Source of the DNA: Balanoglossus misakiensis
Lineage: Eukaryota > Animalia > Hemichordata
Direction of reading: 5' to 3'
Length of the DNA: 64,000 nt
NCBI GenBank assembly: GCA_040954595.2
Contig: CM082581.2
Location: 186,001 to 250,000, forward strand
Made by a program: the position numbers and the translations under genes. Positions 12,560 to 27,231 of the stretch are shown piece after piece; position 1 is the stretch's first letter, and every line of letters starts with the position of its first letter. The notes beneath the pieces were generated by a model. That model saw only the letters and a program-made list of their open reading frames with translations, made no database searches and was not told where the DNA came from.

Positions 12560-12870
12560 CCACATGACTCAGTATGTCCAGCTAAAGGCAAGTCATGCAG
12601 GAAGTGTGGCAAACCTAACCATTTAGCCAAATGCTACCATTCAAAAGGCAAGGCAAATAGGGTAGACAAGGATAAAACTGTCAAAGCTGTGCATAAAGTG
12701 GAAGACAGCTCGGGAGATGAATACTGCTTCACTGTACAACAATCAAATGGCAGGAGGCCTCGAGTAACAGTGCAGATAGAACAAACAGCAGTTGCCTCAC
12801 TGATCGACCCTGGTTCTACAATAAACATGATGGGTGTAAACACATACAACAACCTAAAGAACAAACCCAT
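12560..12870 (+). mobile_element. Ty3/Gypsy-type LTR retrotransposon gag-protease fragment
   Basis: CPAKGKSCRKCGKPNHLAKC (CCHC zinc knuckle) followed by LIDPGSTINMM (degenerate aspartic protease DSG/DTG motif); no RT or LTRs. Confidence 0.85.
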
Positions 12871-15800
12871 GTGGCAAACAGAAAGCCCGTTTTACCACTG
12901 CCAGCAGTGCATTATTGAGTATTTTAGCATCGCTGGATTTAGCTCTCGTCCAATCAGAGTTGCAGACGGTAGCATGATATACTAGTAATATAATTGAGAA
13001 TAAATCTCGCGACAAGTGTACAGTTTGACAATGTACACAGATAATCCGTTTCAACAATGTTTCCTTTGTAGTGTGAATAAAACTGCACACTTTGCAAGTT
13101 TTCAACTTCAAAACACTATGGCTATTACAGAGACAAAGCTGCTAATATACAGTGTATACCTGTCATTTTTGTTTGTGGTGAGATTTTCATTGGCACAGTC
13201 GCACAGAGCTCACACAAGAGGAAATTACACTTTCTGTTGAATTCACTGCATACTGCTAACTTTAAGTCATATATCCACTGAAACATTAAGTTATAGAATT
13301 TTCCATCGCAGTATTCTGTTTTATATACATGTATAGCAGTCCCACACATATTGATTAATTTGACAAAAGAAACTGACTGACAATTTTCACAGCGCTCCCA
13401 GTAAAGCATCCTTGGCAGGTGCACGTCAATGCCACACACGAGGTTAGGGTTGGCAAGTGCTGCCATTTTGACATGGGTTGTTAGCACTAATCAATTCCTA
13501 CGCATGACAGAAAAATGAAGAATTAGGCTATGGGCCGGAACTGCCTATCGTTTCAAAATGCACTCTGTATATTAGGGTCTATTTCTTTTACATAAAAGAC
13601 AAGTCTTCTTGCTCTAATATGATAAAATAAAAAAACTTCAACTTAAATATTGCGTCCTCAGAGGTAATATCGAGCCCTAAAAATCAGGTATGCTAATGCG
13701 GTTAAAGGTCGTGCAGTTCTCCTTATAACAATCGTTCGATTGGTGGTTACGTGACTGCATCAATCACAGAATGCGTTATGTCACTCAGCAATTACACACA
13801 CAGGGCAAACTATCAGGCAGCTACATGTACACTAGTATACATGTTACAGAAGATTAAACAGAATTTTTGGTAAGGAAAGTTTGAGCAGACTAGTCCATTC
13901 AATGTAAAAAATGGTGCTGATTCCAAAAAAGTCAGTCTTATTGACCCCTTTGAAGACAAAATTGCCATTTTTGCCACTTTTAACCCAAAAGGTCATTAAA
14001 AAACCCACTCAAAACACACTGTTTTCATCACATTCGGAGATCTGATGACATTTGAGGATTATGCGGAAACAGTGACACAGCAGAATAAAAATTACAGGTG
14101 ACATTTGCAAGCACTTATGATCTGACCATATAGAAATATGCAATGTAAAAACATTAACAAGGAACATGCCCAATAAACTGTCATGTGTCATGGCAGTCTT
14201 ACAAGTGGTGCTAGAAAAAAAAATTGACCAAAAATTGTCTGTACACAAACACATATGCGAAGCAACTTCTTTCAGTCAGCCCTGGAACAGACACACACTG
14301 ACCTGCCACTGGTAATTAAAATGTGATAGCTGGTGGTCTCTGTAACAGCTGGCCTATTTAAGTTATGTAAACATGTCTTTGTTCGAGGTAACAACTCCTT
14401 GTAAATAGTAACTTTAAAAACAACTGGACAATTTGTTTAGGAGAAGATTTGCTAACCAAAAACAAAGAAACTTACCAAAAAAACTCGCTAAATATTTAAT
14501 CTTTCTGATCTCAGAATTGAATAAAAGTTGCACATATACAGGTATGTGTTATGAAATTATATCCTAAATTTCAAAGCAATCAGAGAAAAAACTAATTTCA
14601 AAGCAATCCAACAAGCAGTTTCACAGAAAATATTTGTTCAAAAGTGGCAAAAACACAAATATGCAAATATCACCAAAATTGTACAATATCTTACTTCAAT
14701 CACTACAAGGAACATGCTGCCTAAGTTCAATGCAATAGGACAAGCGGTTTCAGTGAAAACAATTTTTGACAAAAATTGCAAAAGTTTCCCCGATAACACA
14801 TTTATGCAAATATCACATTTTTTACAACATATTATTTAGGTTACCCCTACGAACATGCCTACCAAATTGCAAAGCAATCTGGCATGAGGTTTTAAAGAAA
14901 AACATATTTTGACCAAAAATGGCAAATAATGCTCAAAATTATAGATATGCAAATTTTGCAACAATTTGAACAAAACTATGGTTACTTAGACAACATTAGG
15001 AGGCTTCATACTAAATTTCAAAGACTTTTACCAATAACATGGAAAAATACAAAAAAATGCAAAAAAATAGGAAATCGATAATATTAGCTCAAAACATACA
15101 GGGTTGTATGAGGTTGATATAAGGTACATGCATACCATTTTTCAAATCAATATGACCAGTGGTTGTCCAGTTTTTGAGTTTTGACCAATTTCACATTTTC
15201 CCAGCTAATTTGCATATTTTTGGCAATGACATCTTCATTTGAACAAACTCCCATCTACAGCCCTGCCTGCATCTACACGCCAAATATCGAGGTCATACAC
15301 ACTGCGGTTTTCAAGTTTTTCATGTGGACGGACATACAGACATACATCCATCCATCCATCCATACATACAGACGTAACCAATCCCATAAGTTCCCATGGT
15401 ACATACCAATGGGACCTAAAAACTTGTGACTTACATGTAACACATGTTTGCCCAGTGTAGCAGGTTGGACAGTTGCAGGTGTAGATTGAGCAGGAGCCTT
15501 GAAGTGGCTGATACACTCCGTTATTCAGACATGGGTTTAGAAGACACTGGTTGATCGCTAAGGGTGAGAGAAATGAAAAGTATCACATTAGGGTCTTACA
15601 CACTTGAGTGGGAAGTGAAATCTGTAGCAGACTGTCAGAAGATTGCACATCCGTGTGATCATGTTCATGTGTGAAGGATAATGAAGACCACTTGATCCAA
15701 GCTTGGTGCTACCATCTTTATCATAATTACTGAATCTTATAATATTTACTAGTTGGGGGTGGGTGGGGTGGGGGTGGGGGTAGTTGATGTCATAACTTTC

Positions 15801-17989
15801 TGATGTTTCAATTTACGGTTGGAAAAATAGCAACATCTACACTGATGAGCATTTGAGTCAATGAAAGTATTCATCATGGCTACCGTAGTGCATATAAGTC
15901 TCTTGGTTAGCTGCACAATCACAGGCAACTTTATTGAGACAATATCAATGACAAAGCCCAGCGATTTCTACTTTGTGCGGGAAATCTGACACTGGTTTGC
16001 TTACGTTCAGCGCACGTGGTTCCGATGAAACAGCGTGGACTCTGGCATCTGAACTCGGTGCAGGACACTTGCTGGCAGAATCCACTGTTTAGACAAGGGT
16101 TGGGCTGACACGGATTCAAATCTGTGCACAGAAGAGAAAGTGATATAAATTGTGTACAGTTAATATTTACTACATATACTTTAAACAGATTTGTGCAGTC
16201 AGGGTTGAGTGGTAAAAATCTCAGTTGGTCAACAGAACATCACTGTGACAAATTTCTTCCATGTTCAACAAAAGAAACGTAATGAAATTTTGACACAGGT
16301 GTAATAGTGTCTTAGTGTACCATACGGTGCAGGTTGTTATTTGGTCAAATACACAATCCCCTTTTATGGCACACACATTCTTAATAAATTTCCCCAAAAT
16401 TGTGTCGTTATTCACTGTTTGATACAGGTTGGAAGAAACCAACTGCAAGCCGATTATGTGTTATGTTATTATGTTCCTCTTCATCTGAAATTTAAAATCA
16501 CTCACATGTCTGACATAAATCGCCGGAGTAACAGCTTGTACAGGAGCATGTGAATTCAGTACACCAATTGGGCGTCAGCACACAGTTTCCACCATTCCGA
16601 CACTGGATGGGTTGACACTGGTTGACAGCTGTGGGATGTGCAGTCAAGATATTGTCAAAATTACAGAATCTACAAACTACACTCCACAGTCATGTACATG
16701 TATACATGACAACAACCAAAGGGCTGTTTTGAAAAACCAAATGCTGTGAAATCCTTTAGAGTGTGACAAGAAACCACAGTTGCAACCGAAAACAAAAATA
16801 GTGATAACATTAAGCTAGCCCAAAGTTTGAGTTACCAGGGCTTTAATATGTGTACCGTACTTATATTATATAATATATAACAAGTGTTTTGCATTGAATA
16901 AAATAATATTGGTTAGTACTTACGCATTGTACATGTGGCACCAGTGAAGCATTCGGTACACATACAGTCAAACAGGAAACAGCCGTCTCACGCAACGCAT
17001 GTGCCACCATTTTGACAAGGCATAGGGTATAACTGATCAATGGCTGCCAAAACAAAAATGAAAGTATCAATTACCTGCTTGTCAAAAACTTGTACATGTA
17101 CTTGTGATGTTCATTTCGTTTAAATATGTGAGCAATGTCTTCATTCCTTGTTTCAAACCTTTACATTTAAAATAACATAATGATGCTATTGCTAGGATTT
17201 TTCTGTAAGAATCTTGAAAAATTAAAAAAATGTGCCATCAACATGATACAGAAGGCTTTCCTTTTTAACATGCACCTCACACTCAATTTTGACCCTACAT
17301 CAGCAAATTGTGAAAGGATGAAACTTATTAATGCTTCCACCCCATTTATTGGTGTATGGGTCCATCTATCACATTGAGAATACCAAAAATGAGGGTTTAT
17401 ATACCACGCTGTGTCATAAAACAGTAATTCGACACACCTACGGCACAGATGGCCCCAGTCCAACACTACTGGCAGTAACAGGTGTAGTCAGTATAAGAAT
17501 TTGGTGTTTTGGAACAATAGCCTCCATTTTGATACGGATTCTGATCACATGGGTTAATGACAATCAGAAAAAAAAATAGTTTAAAACACATGAAATGCAG
17601 ATGGCTACACCTCAACCAAAGATGATTCCTGCACCACAACAAAATCCTTTGACACAAGCATTATACTGGAACCATACCCAGAACACGCATTAAGTATATG
17701 ATGAAGGGACAATGTCTCTATTTTGGGTAATACAGTAAAACCTGTCTTTATGGACACCTCTCTAATCAGAACACCTAGTAAGATTGATTTTTCAAGCCAA
17801 ATAGTAAGGATAATTAAGGACGTCTCTTTTACTAAGAGGTGTGCACCACCTTAGGAGAGATTACCTCACATGCACAATTATCTCTACAGACACTAGTCTT
17901 CAAGAGGCAACTCTTGTATATTTGAGTGATGAAAACATCCAACTTCGTACACTTCCTCACAAGTTCGTGCCTATCCTAAATTGCACGGA

Positions 17990-20924
17990 CATACAAATGA
18001 AATTTCTGTTTCCTTTTCCTTTCTTTTCTCTTGGGGAAATTTTAGAAATGAGAAGTTACCACACAATTCAATTGCCATGAAGAGAAAGTGCCCAAAAGAT
18101 TGTCATTTACGGTACGTCAGAAACTTACATATTTCACAACGGTTACCCTCATAGCAACCAGTACAGGCACAGGTATATGCCGTGCAGGAGTTGGCCACTG
18201 CATTACATACAGCCCCGTTGAGACAGCTGTTTCGCTGGCCTGGATCTTGGACTGCAATAAAAAGTGCAACCTAATGTTATCTCAGCAATATTTACTTTCA
18301 AAATCTGTTTGATGAAAACATCATCATTACCATTACTGTAAATACTGAACGGAACTTCACTTCCAAAAACAACTTGCTCATTCTGGGACGCACTTATGGG
18401 GCTATGAAAATCTCTGTATATGTATCTTGTGTAGGGAAAATTTTCATGAACGATCAACAGTTTTTTCTTCAAATAAACATGTTTTCTTTCAGCTGTACAT
18501 CATTTTTGAGGTGACCGATTCCCAAGGACCAAGGTGTGATGCTGAAGATGAAAATATAAAGTATGACCAACAGACAATGTATTGAGACATGATTGTAAAT
18601 GTTAGTTCCTGCATGACAAATGTTTGTTTTAATGAGTTTTACACTGGCTGCAGTGTGTGCCGGTGAAACATCCTGGACAAGTACACTCATAAGTTGTACA
18701 AGACAGCTGAGTACACCGCCCATTGTTCAGGCATGGACTTGGCCTACATGGAGTTTGTTCTGTTTCAATGGCATGAAAAAAAAATAGTAGTGACATAAGT
18801 TTTTTAGGGTATGACCATTTCCCTAATTCCTACAGCTGTGGTTCTATCGGGTTCTCCTATAACTGAGCCTCCTAAATGTATAACTGAACAATAAGAAGTC
18901 AAGGGTGCCCTGACACCCAACTTTTAAGAGCAGTTCATTTACTGAAACTGCCAGCACCCAATATTATCATACAAATGAAATTTCTGTTTCCTTTTCCTTT
19001 CTTTTCTCTTGGGGAAATTTTAGAAATGAGAAGTTACCACACAATTCAATTGCCATGAAGAGAAAGTGCCCAAAAGATTGTCATTTACGGTACGTCAGAA
19101 ACTTACATATTTCACAACGGTTACCCTCATAGCAACCAGTACAGGCACAGGTATATGCCGTGCAGGAGTTGGCCACTGCATTACATACAGCCCCGTTGAG
19201 ACAGCTGTTTCGCTGGCCTGGATCTTGGACTGCAATAAAAAGTGCAACCTAATGTTATCTCAGCAATATTTACTTTCAAAATCTGTTTGATGAAAACATC
19301 ATCATTACCATTACTGTAAATACTGAACGGAACTTCACTTCCAAAAACAACTTGCTCATTCTGGGACGCACTTATGGGGCTATGAAAATCTCTGTATATG
19401 TATCTTGTGTAGGGAAAATTTTCATGAACGATCAACAGTTTTTTCTTCAAATAAACATGTTTTCTTTCAGCTGTACATCATTTTTGAGGTGACCGATTCC
19501 CAAGGACCAAGGTGTGATGCTGAAGATGAAAATATAAAGTATGACCAACAGACAATGTATTGAGACATGATTGTAAATGTTAGTTCCTGCATGACAAATG
19601 TTTGTTTTAATGAGTTTTACACTGGCTGCAGTGTGTGCCGGTGAAACATCCTGGACAAGTACACTCATAAGTTGTACAAGACAGCTGAGTACACCGCCCA
19701 TTGTTCAGGCATGGACTTGGCCTACATGGAGTTTGTTCTGTTTCAATGGCATGAAAAAAAAATAGTAGTGACATAAGTTTTTTAGGGTATGACCATTTCC
19801 CTAATTCCTACAGCTGTGGTTCTATCGGGTTCTCCTATAACTGAGCCTCCTAAATGTATAACTGAACAATAAGAAGTCAAGGGTGCCCTGACACCCAACT
19901 TTTAAGAGCAGTTCATTTACTGAAACTGCCAGCACCCAATATTATCATACAAATGAAATTTCTGTTTCCTTTTCCTTTCTTTTCTCTTGGGGAAATTTTA
20001 GAAATGAGAAGTTACCACACAATTCAATTGCCATGAAGAGAAAGTGCCCAAAAGATTGTCATTTACGGTACGTCAGAAACTTACATATTTCACAACGGTT
20101 ACCCTCATAGCAACCAGTACAGGCACAGGTATATGCCGTGCAGGAGTTGGCCACTGCATTACATACAGCCCCGTTGAGACAGCTGTTTCGCTGGCCTGGA
20201 TCTTGGACTGCAATAAAAAGTGCAACCTAATGTTATCTCAGCAATATTTACTTTCAAAATCTGTTTGATGAAAACATCATCATTACCATTACTGTAAATA
20301 CTGAACGGAACTTCACTTCCAAAAACAACTTGCTCATTCTGGGACGCACTTATGGGGCTATGAAAATCTCTGTATATGTATCTTGTGTAGGGAAAATTTT
20401 CATGAACGATCAACAGTTTTTTCTTCAAATAAACATGTTTTCTTTCAGCTGTACATCATTTTTGAGGTGACCGATTCCCAAGGACCAAGGTGTGATGCTG
20501 AAGATGAAAATATAAAGTATGACCAACAGACAATGTATTGAGACATGATTGTAAATGTTAGTTCCTGCATGACAAATGTTTGTTTTAATGAGTTTTACAC
20601 TGGCTGCAGTGTGTGCCGGTGAAACATCCTGGACAAGTACACTCATAAGTTGTACAAGACAGCTGAGTACACCGCCCATTGTTCAGGCATGGACTTGGCC
20701 TACATGGAGTTTGTTCTGTTTCAATGGCATGAAAAAAAAATAGTAGTGACATAAGTTTTTTAGGGTATGACCATTTCCCTAATTCCTACAGCTGTGGTTC
20801 TATCGGGTTCTCCTATAACTGAGCCTCCTAAATGTATAACTGAACAATAAGAAGTCAAGGGTGCCCTGACACCCAACTTTTAAGAGCAGTTCATTTACTG
20901 AAACTGCCAGCACCCAATATTATC
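17990..20924. repeat. 3 x 978-bp tandem sub-repeat (unit 2)
   Basis: Same triplication as 3631-6565. Confidence 0.97.
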
Positions 20925-21157
20925 CCACATGTAATCCATATGTGGAATTATATTATACCAGTATATTGATGTCATAGTGATTATGAATGTATGTCAGTGG
21001 CTGAAAAAAATTCCCAGGGGTGAGTTTCCTACAAAAATTGTGATGTGACAAACCGACAAATTAGCATATTAGCATAATCAGAATAAATAAAAAACAGGTA
21101 GTTTAAAAGAACAAACACTTTGGAAAAGGAATAGAGCTAAGCTGCTGTCCCTTTCTA

Positions 21158-21624
21158 ATTGTTACTCGTTCAAAAATCACCTGTCACATCACTCCAATTT
21201 TGTATCAGTTGCACTGGCTACCTGTTACAGAGCTTATTGTTTTTAAGATGTTAGTTCTCATTTTTAAATCCATTCATAAACTTGGTCCAATCTATCTTTC
21301 TAGCATGACTAATCTATATGTTCCGTGTCGCAATTTGAGGTCAGCTGATCAGTTCAAACTCTGCCCTGTTCGATCACGCACCAAGAGTTATGGTGATCGT
21401 GCTTTTACTGTTGCTGCTCCAATTCTTTGGAATAATCTTCCACTCACCATTCGCCAGGCACCAGACTTATCTGTTTTTAAATCAAATGTTAAAACTTTAC
21501 TTTTTAAATCTGTTTTTTAGCCATTTGTTGTGTTGTATTGTACTTTTGCTTTAAGCGTCATTGATCACATTTTTTGTGGATACTGACGCTATACAAATAA
21601 ATTATTATTATTATTATTATTATT
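21158..21624 (+). mobile_element. L2/CR1 LINE 3' fragment (unit 2)
   Basis: Copy of 6799-7265. Confidence 0.9.
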
Positions 21625-23021
21625 TCTATTTTTGTGTTTGTACAACATCAGTGAAGTTTAAATCATAATAAAAAAAAATGATAATTATCATTATTAACTG
21701 CTATAGATTCAAACTTACTTGTCTCACACCTGTTTCCCTAGTAACACTCTGTGCACATGCCAATGGTGGCAGTACAAGAATTTGCCTGTTGTTGGCAGGT
21801 ACCTCCATTGAGACAAGGACTAGTGAAGCATGGATTAGGAACTGGAAGACAGGAATTCAAAATTTTATACAACAGTTACCTATGGTAACACCAGTACACG
21901 TTCATTATTTCTCTGTTATGTTTTTATACTGGTGATTTTACTGTTTTTATTACCGATCATATGACTGACTTAAAGATGATGATGATGATGATAATGACTA
22001 CACCTGCTATTATTACTACAATGTACCTCAGCACTTAGATTTTTTAATAAATGACAAAGTACTGTACTCACGTGTTTCACATGTGAAGCCCAGGTAGCAG
22101 CCAGCACATAGACATGTGACGCCTGTACAAGATCCCTGGATTGCTTGGCAAGTACCAGCATTCCGGCATGGGTTAAGGTTTGTGTTCGCACGGATTCATT
22201 GCTGCAAATGTACACAATATTTACAAAATAAAACAGTATACAACTGTAAGTATTTATAATCATCAATTGTGAATATCACACCAATCAAGGCCTTTTAATG
22301 CACCCTGATTGCTGAGAGCTGAAATACGTGAACCAACGTGTATTTGTTTTCACTACTATATCACATGACATTCTGCATCTCTTTTCCATAGTTGGAGTCT
22401 GCACCCAACATTGTATTCCGGGGTAGCACTACCCGGAACCCCGAAACTTTTTCGTCATCATCCGAGTACTTTTCCCAGCATGCAGTTGCCAAGAAGGCTG
22501 CACAGGGAGTTTTTAATTTTGCACTGGTATACAATTTTTTTATTCGTCAATTTCACAGACACGTGCATTGCACATCAAAATTTTGCGTCAGAAGTGAGGA
22601 CAACTTAACTAGGTACCAATGCAATGTGGTTTTAGGCGGATTTGAACTTTTCCTTTAATGTAACAGTTGTATTGACATGCGATTATCATACTGAACATGA
22701 AGCAATCTCAAAATTGCTAAAAATAAAATAATTCAGAACATTTAGATTCTACAATGGTGAAAAAATATGACAAACCTTCCAAAATTCTTATTTTTGAGGC
22801 CATTTTACAAAAATCTACGAGCCTGGCAAAATCTGAAAGAGGTGCTAGATAAAGGGCGCTTTTTCAAAACTCTAGATGGTTGACCCCCAATTTTTATTCC
22901 ATAGATTAAATGTTTAGAAGTCATAGTATCATCAGTATTAATTTTAACATGATCAGACGACCCTTTATTTCGAGGTGCCCAACACCTTAAATATGTTTTT
23001 ACGACTAAGACGACTACAAAC

Positions 23022-24940
23022 CTGGTAGAAGGGGAGTACATGTTGTTGATGGTCCCAGAGAGTAGGTTCTTGATGTGCAGGCAAGTGGGTGATGTTGCTG
23101 CACACTGACAGCCTGGATCGCAAGGGGTACAGGATACTTCTGTGGCTGTGTCAGCATAATAACTTGATGGACAAGGAATGGGGCTGTCTGACCCATCTGG
23201 ACAGTAGTTACCTACGCCGCAATCAGCACATGTCATGTCTGTAGAATAACAGCAGCTTGTGTAGTGAGTGTTTTGCCGATATGACAGAGTTCAAGTATGC
23301 TTATTTGGTTAAATTTTAAAAGGAATATCACCCGCTGTTTTAGAGTTAATATTGCGAAAGGGACTTCATAAGTTGTCTGAAAACACCAGTTTCCCCAATT
23401 TTCACTAATGTATAGGAATACATGAGAAGTCGGCCAGATTAGAAGTCAGCCACTACGCGCGTATGAGAAGTCGGCCAGTTGTTGAACTTGTACCCGAATA
23501 GTGCAGTGATGACCCAGATTACTTATAACAACACTTAATAAAATATAATTGCACTAAATATTTTCATTTGGACGGATTTCCCAAATTCTTGACAACACAA
23601 TGGCGTCATTTCAAATAATGGCGTCTGGCATCCGTACCAGTTCCCCATCCCCGTATCCGCGTAAGGAGCTTAGGTTGTTCGCCAAATTCCTGTGACATTT
23701 CTGATTAAAGGGAGTTGTTTCAAAGCCTACTAAAATACATAGAAGATGTATGTGTATATTCATACTTTCTGAGACAACACCAAACAAACAAACAAACAAA
23801 CATGACAAGGAACAGACTACTGGCGCAGCTCAAGAAGTGCAGGTGACTGATGTTGACGTACCCCGGTGACGTACATGAAAAGTGAACAGACAGTTTTAAA
23901 ATTCATCGGCTATTTGTACAAATATCTCAGCTCCTGTACATCAAGGAAACATTTCGTAGTGAAACAGTTATATATAACACAAAGTACCAGGGTTCTCTCC
24001 CACAGGCCGACTTCTCGTACTGGCCGATACCGACTTCTCATACTGGTCGACTTCTCAGGACACCATGTATAGCATAGCTGTTGAACTAAAAAAATATGTA
24101 AAACTACAAGTGATGTAAACAACTTGTGGAACCATGTTCAAATCGAGACCAGAAGAAAAGAGATTTCAAGACTTACCTCCTTCAACACTTTACTTCCCTG
24201 TAGCGCACTGTGTGACATTTGTAGTTGTGCATTCATAACCAGAAGGACTTGGCCGAACCTAGCGAGTATGAACCTATCACAGAAAAAATTCAAAGAACGA
24301 TTGGTTTGGTCCAACGATCCCTTATTAGAGAGATGTCCGTAATCACAGGTGTTACTGTACAATACCTCTTCAGTGGAATCATTGTGTTTTTCAAAGTGCA
24401 TCACAATATCAACTCCAATGAGCATAACAGTTTAATTTTCTGTGTATGTCATGCTATAACACAGGGAAGTCATAAGAGTAATTTGCAGCCCAACTTACCA
24501 GTAACTGTTGAACAATCAACTACGGGTGACATGGTTGGACACTTGGATCCTGCTGGACAAGGCGTGCATGTGCCGTCGCCTTCCATAGCATATTCACCAT
24601 TGCCACAGTCAAGCGGATCTTACATTGGATCTGAACACGATTGTCCAGCAGGGCACAGAAGACGGGATGTGCGTGCAGGCTCCTCACTTATTTCATCTGA
24701 TTAAAGAAAATGAGGTTTTTAGTGAAGTATTTGTGATACAGTGTCATTTAAAATAACAAATTACTTGAGATGATTCACTTCATAATTCTGAGACAAGTAT
24801 ACGGGCATGTAGAAAATTCTTTGGAGGACATTAAACGTCATTTCTAATCAACCATTTTCTGAATATCATAAGACTCTGCGAGATCTCACATGGCTAACCG
24901 GGTCTCGCAAGATTTCGCACTGAGTTGATAATCTGTTGTA

Positions 24941-24972
<32 letters not shown>

Positions 24973-25598
24973 TAACCCCAGTCGCACTGACTTGAAAATC
25001 TGTTGTAAACACATACATGCATACACACATACCACTCAGTTTCATCACACAGCAAACTGAACAAGTACCACAATCTTACCATTTGTACATCTGGTACAGT
25101 TTGTTGCACCAGCCAATGACACGTAACCCTTGGTACACTTGAATTGCGATGCACTGGGATCTGTGCAGGCGTACCCTTGCTCACAAATAGTACACTGTTC
25201 AGCACCGGCTGATCTGTAAATCAAACAAAGAATATACACACCAAGTTAACCTTTGAATACCACTGTAAAAAATTGGCGCAAATTTTAATTATTTTCATAA
25301 ATAGAGGTCTATTCAAATTTGGAAAAATTGTCATTTTTTCATTCATATATTATATCAGTAAATTTTAAATACAGAAATGGAAAATGTTCCCATCCTATTT
25401 TTCAGTTAGTAAATTACCTGACCTAATGTTTGATGTTGGAAATAAAGGTTGGTGGGTAGAAGTTTACCTGTTATGCAAGAGGTACAGCGAGACATCCTTT
25501 GTCCAAGGCCGAACTGTAATAACCAGCCGAGCATAAAATCACAGTGTTACCATTTGGACATTGGTTACCAGCTGGGCAATCAGCACATGATGTTTGTG
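23022..25598 (-). pseudogene. GCC2/GCC3 Cys-rich repeat gene remnant, unit 2
   Basis: Exons 23022-23238, 24177-24273, 24499-24696, 25080-25213, 25468-25598; same lesions as unit 1. Confidence 0.82.
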
Positions 25599-25977
25599 CT
25601 GAAAATAAACAGAGATTTATAGAATCTTATAGTCACAGTCATACCTTCAAAGACGTGGGATTCTCACGCGGGTTGGGGACACAAAAATCCCTGGCAAAAG
25701 ATTGAGGACAGGAAAATGCCAAACCAGAGATATTGGTAACAGAAACTGTATACAGTCAATGCCATATGGCAGTGTGCTGTTCTAACAACAGACAAGAATG
25801 TGACGATCATAGTCTGTGTCGGAGATTTGGAAAAGAGCAAATTCGGTGAAAAGACGGGACAAAACAAAAGTCTACTTATACGATGCACATGAAAACTTGA
25901 TGAAAGCGAAGCAGTCCACTATTTGAATGCATTGGATGTAAAATTGGCAGAATATTTGGACTGGACGTAATGTTTGT

Positions 25978-26578
25978 ATGGGGTGCCATGTGTTAACTTA
26001 TTATTTAGCTAAATTATTTGTTCAAAAGTCGTTATTTAACATACTTATATGTATGTAATTATAGATTTGCAAACCATTTAAGTCCTGACAATTTATTTAT
26101 AAATAATTTCACGTCGATTCAATTATATACATAAAATGTATTTTATGCTCTTTTATTTATATATAATAAATTATTTATAAACAATGTCAGTGTCAGTCTA
26201 TTATATATATATCATGAGTGATGTACATAATTATTTATATATAATTAATTATTTATAAATAAAAATTTTTTAAGTGTATTATATATATATCATGAGTGAT
26301 TTATAAATAATTTAAGTGCAAGTCTATTATATATATATCATGAGTGATTTACATTATATAATGAATTATATATAAATAAGTGATTTCTAAACCATGAAAA
26401 AATGCACTCGCGCCGTTTGTCAACTTATTATTTAACGCAAACTCATTATTTAACGCAAACTCATTATTTAAGGCCTGTTCACACGACCCCTTGCATTTGG
26501 ATCATTACGCACACATATAGTCCCCACACGTGAACAAGAAATGCACATTACGTGCGGTCATTTCATTTTTATTATACT
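25978..26578 (+). mobile_element. Orphan left arm of fold-back transposon, unit 2
   Basis: Copy of 11617-12217. Confidence 0.85.
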
Positions 26579-26920
26579 CCTTTCAAATGTTAGATGAAAC
26601 ACCGAAAAAGGTATCAACTAGTTAGTGATTTTAGCCCGTGATTGCAATGTTTGATTGAAACGCGAAAAGCTGATCGATAGCTCTACATTGTGGTCTCCGA
26701 GGTCAAAGGTTGGCCGGTCATGACAATGCCATTATTAAAATAGGGGCCAGTCTTCAAGACGTGACTCTACCAGCCTCCAGACCAGGAACTGGTGACCCGC
26801 CGTTTGTTTCCAACGCCAAATTTGATTCTAATGTTGAATTTACGAGAAAACAATTTATCTGACCTGTAGTTTTTTGGCTCACTTACGTTTTGATGACTGG
26901 CCCCTATTTTAATAATGGTA

Positions 26921-27231
26921 CCACATGACTCAGTATGTCCAGCTAAAGGCAAGTCATGCAGGAAGTGTGGCAAACCTAACCATTTAGCCAAATGCTACCA
27001 TTCAAAAGGCAAGGCAAATAGGGTAGACAAGGATAAAACTGTCAAAGCTGTGCATAAAGTGGAAGACAGCTCGGGAGATGAATACTGCTTCACTGTACAA
27101 CAATCAAATGGCAGGAGGCCTCGAGTAACAGTGCAGATAGAACAAACAGCAGTTGCCTCACTGATCGACCCTGGTTCTACAATAAACATGATGGGTGTAA
27201 ACACATACAACAACCTAAAGAACAAACCCAT
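26921..27231 (+). mobile_element. Gypsy gag-protease fragment (unit 2)
   Basis: Copy of 12560-12870. Confidence 0.85.

Larger units (their letters stand above)
15435..22201 (-). pseudogene. Multi-EGF-repeat gene remnant, unit 2 (13 exons)
   Basis: Copy of unit 1: exons 15435-15557, 16005-16121, 16506-16628, 16924-17043, 17438-17560, 18129-18251, 18643-18759, 19107-19229, 19621-19737, 20085-20207, 20599-20715, 21719-21841, 22072-22201; same lesions. Confidence 0.85.

Noticed and set aside
12554-12985. Domesticated gag-derived gene
   Set aside because: Short fragment with its ATG supplied by the end of a MITE, a degenerate protease motif (DPG) and an unrelated C-terminus.
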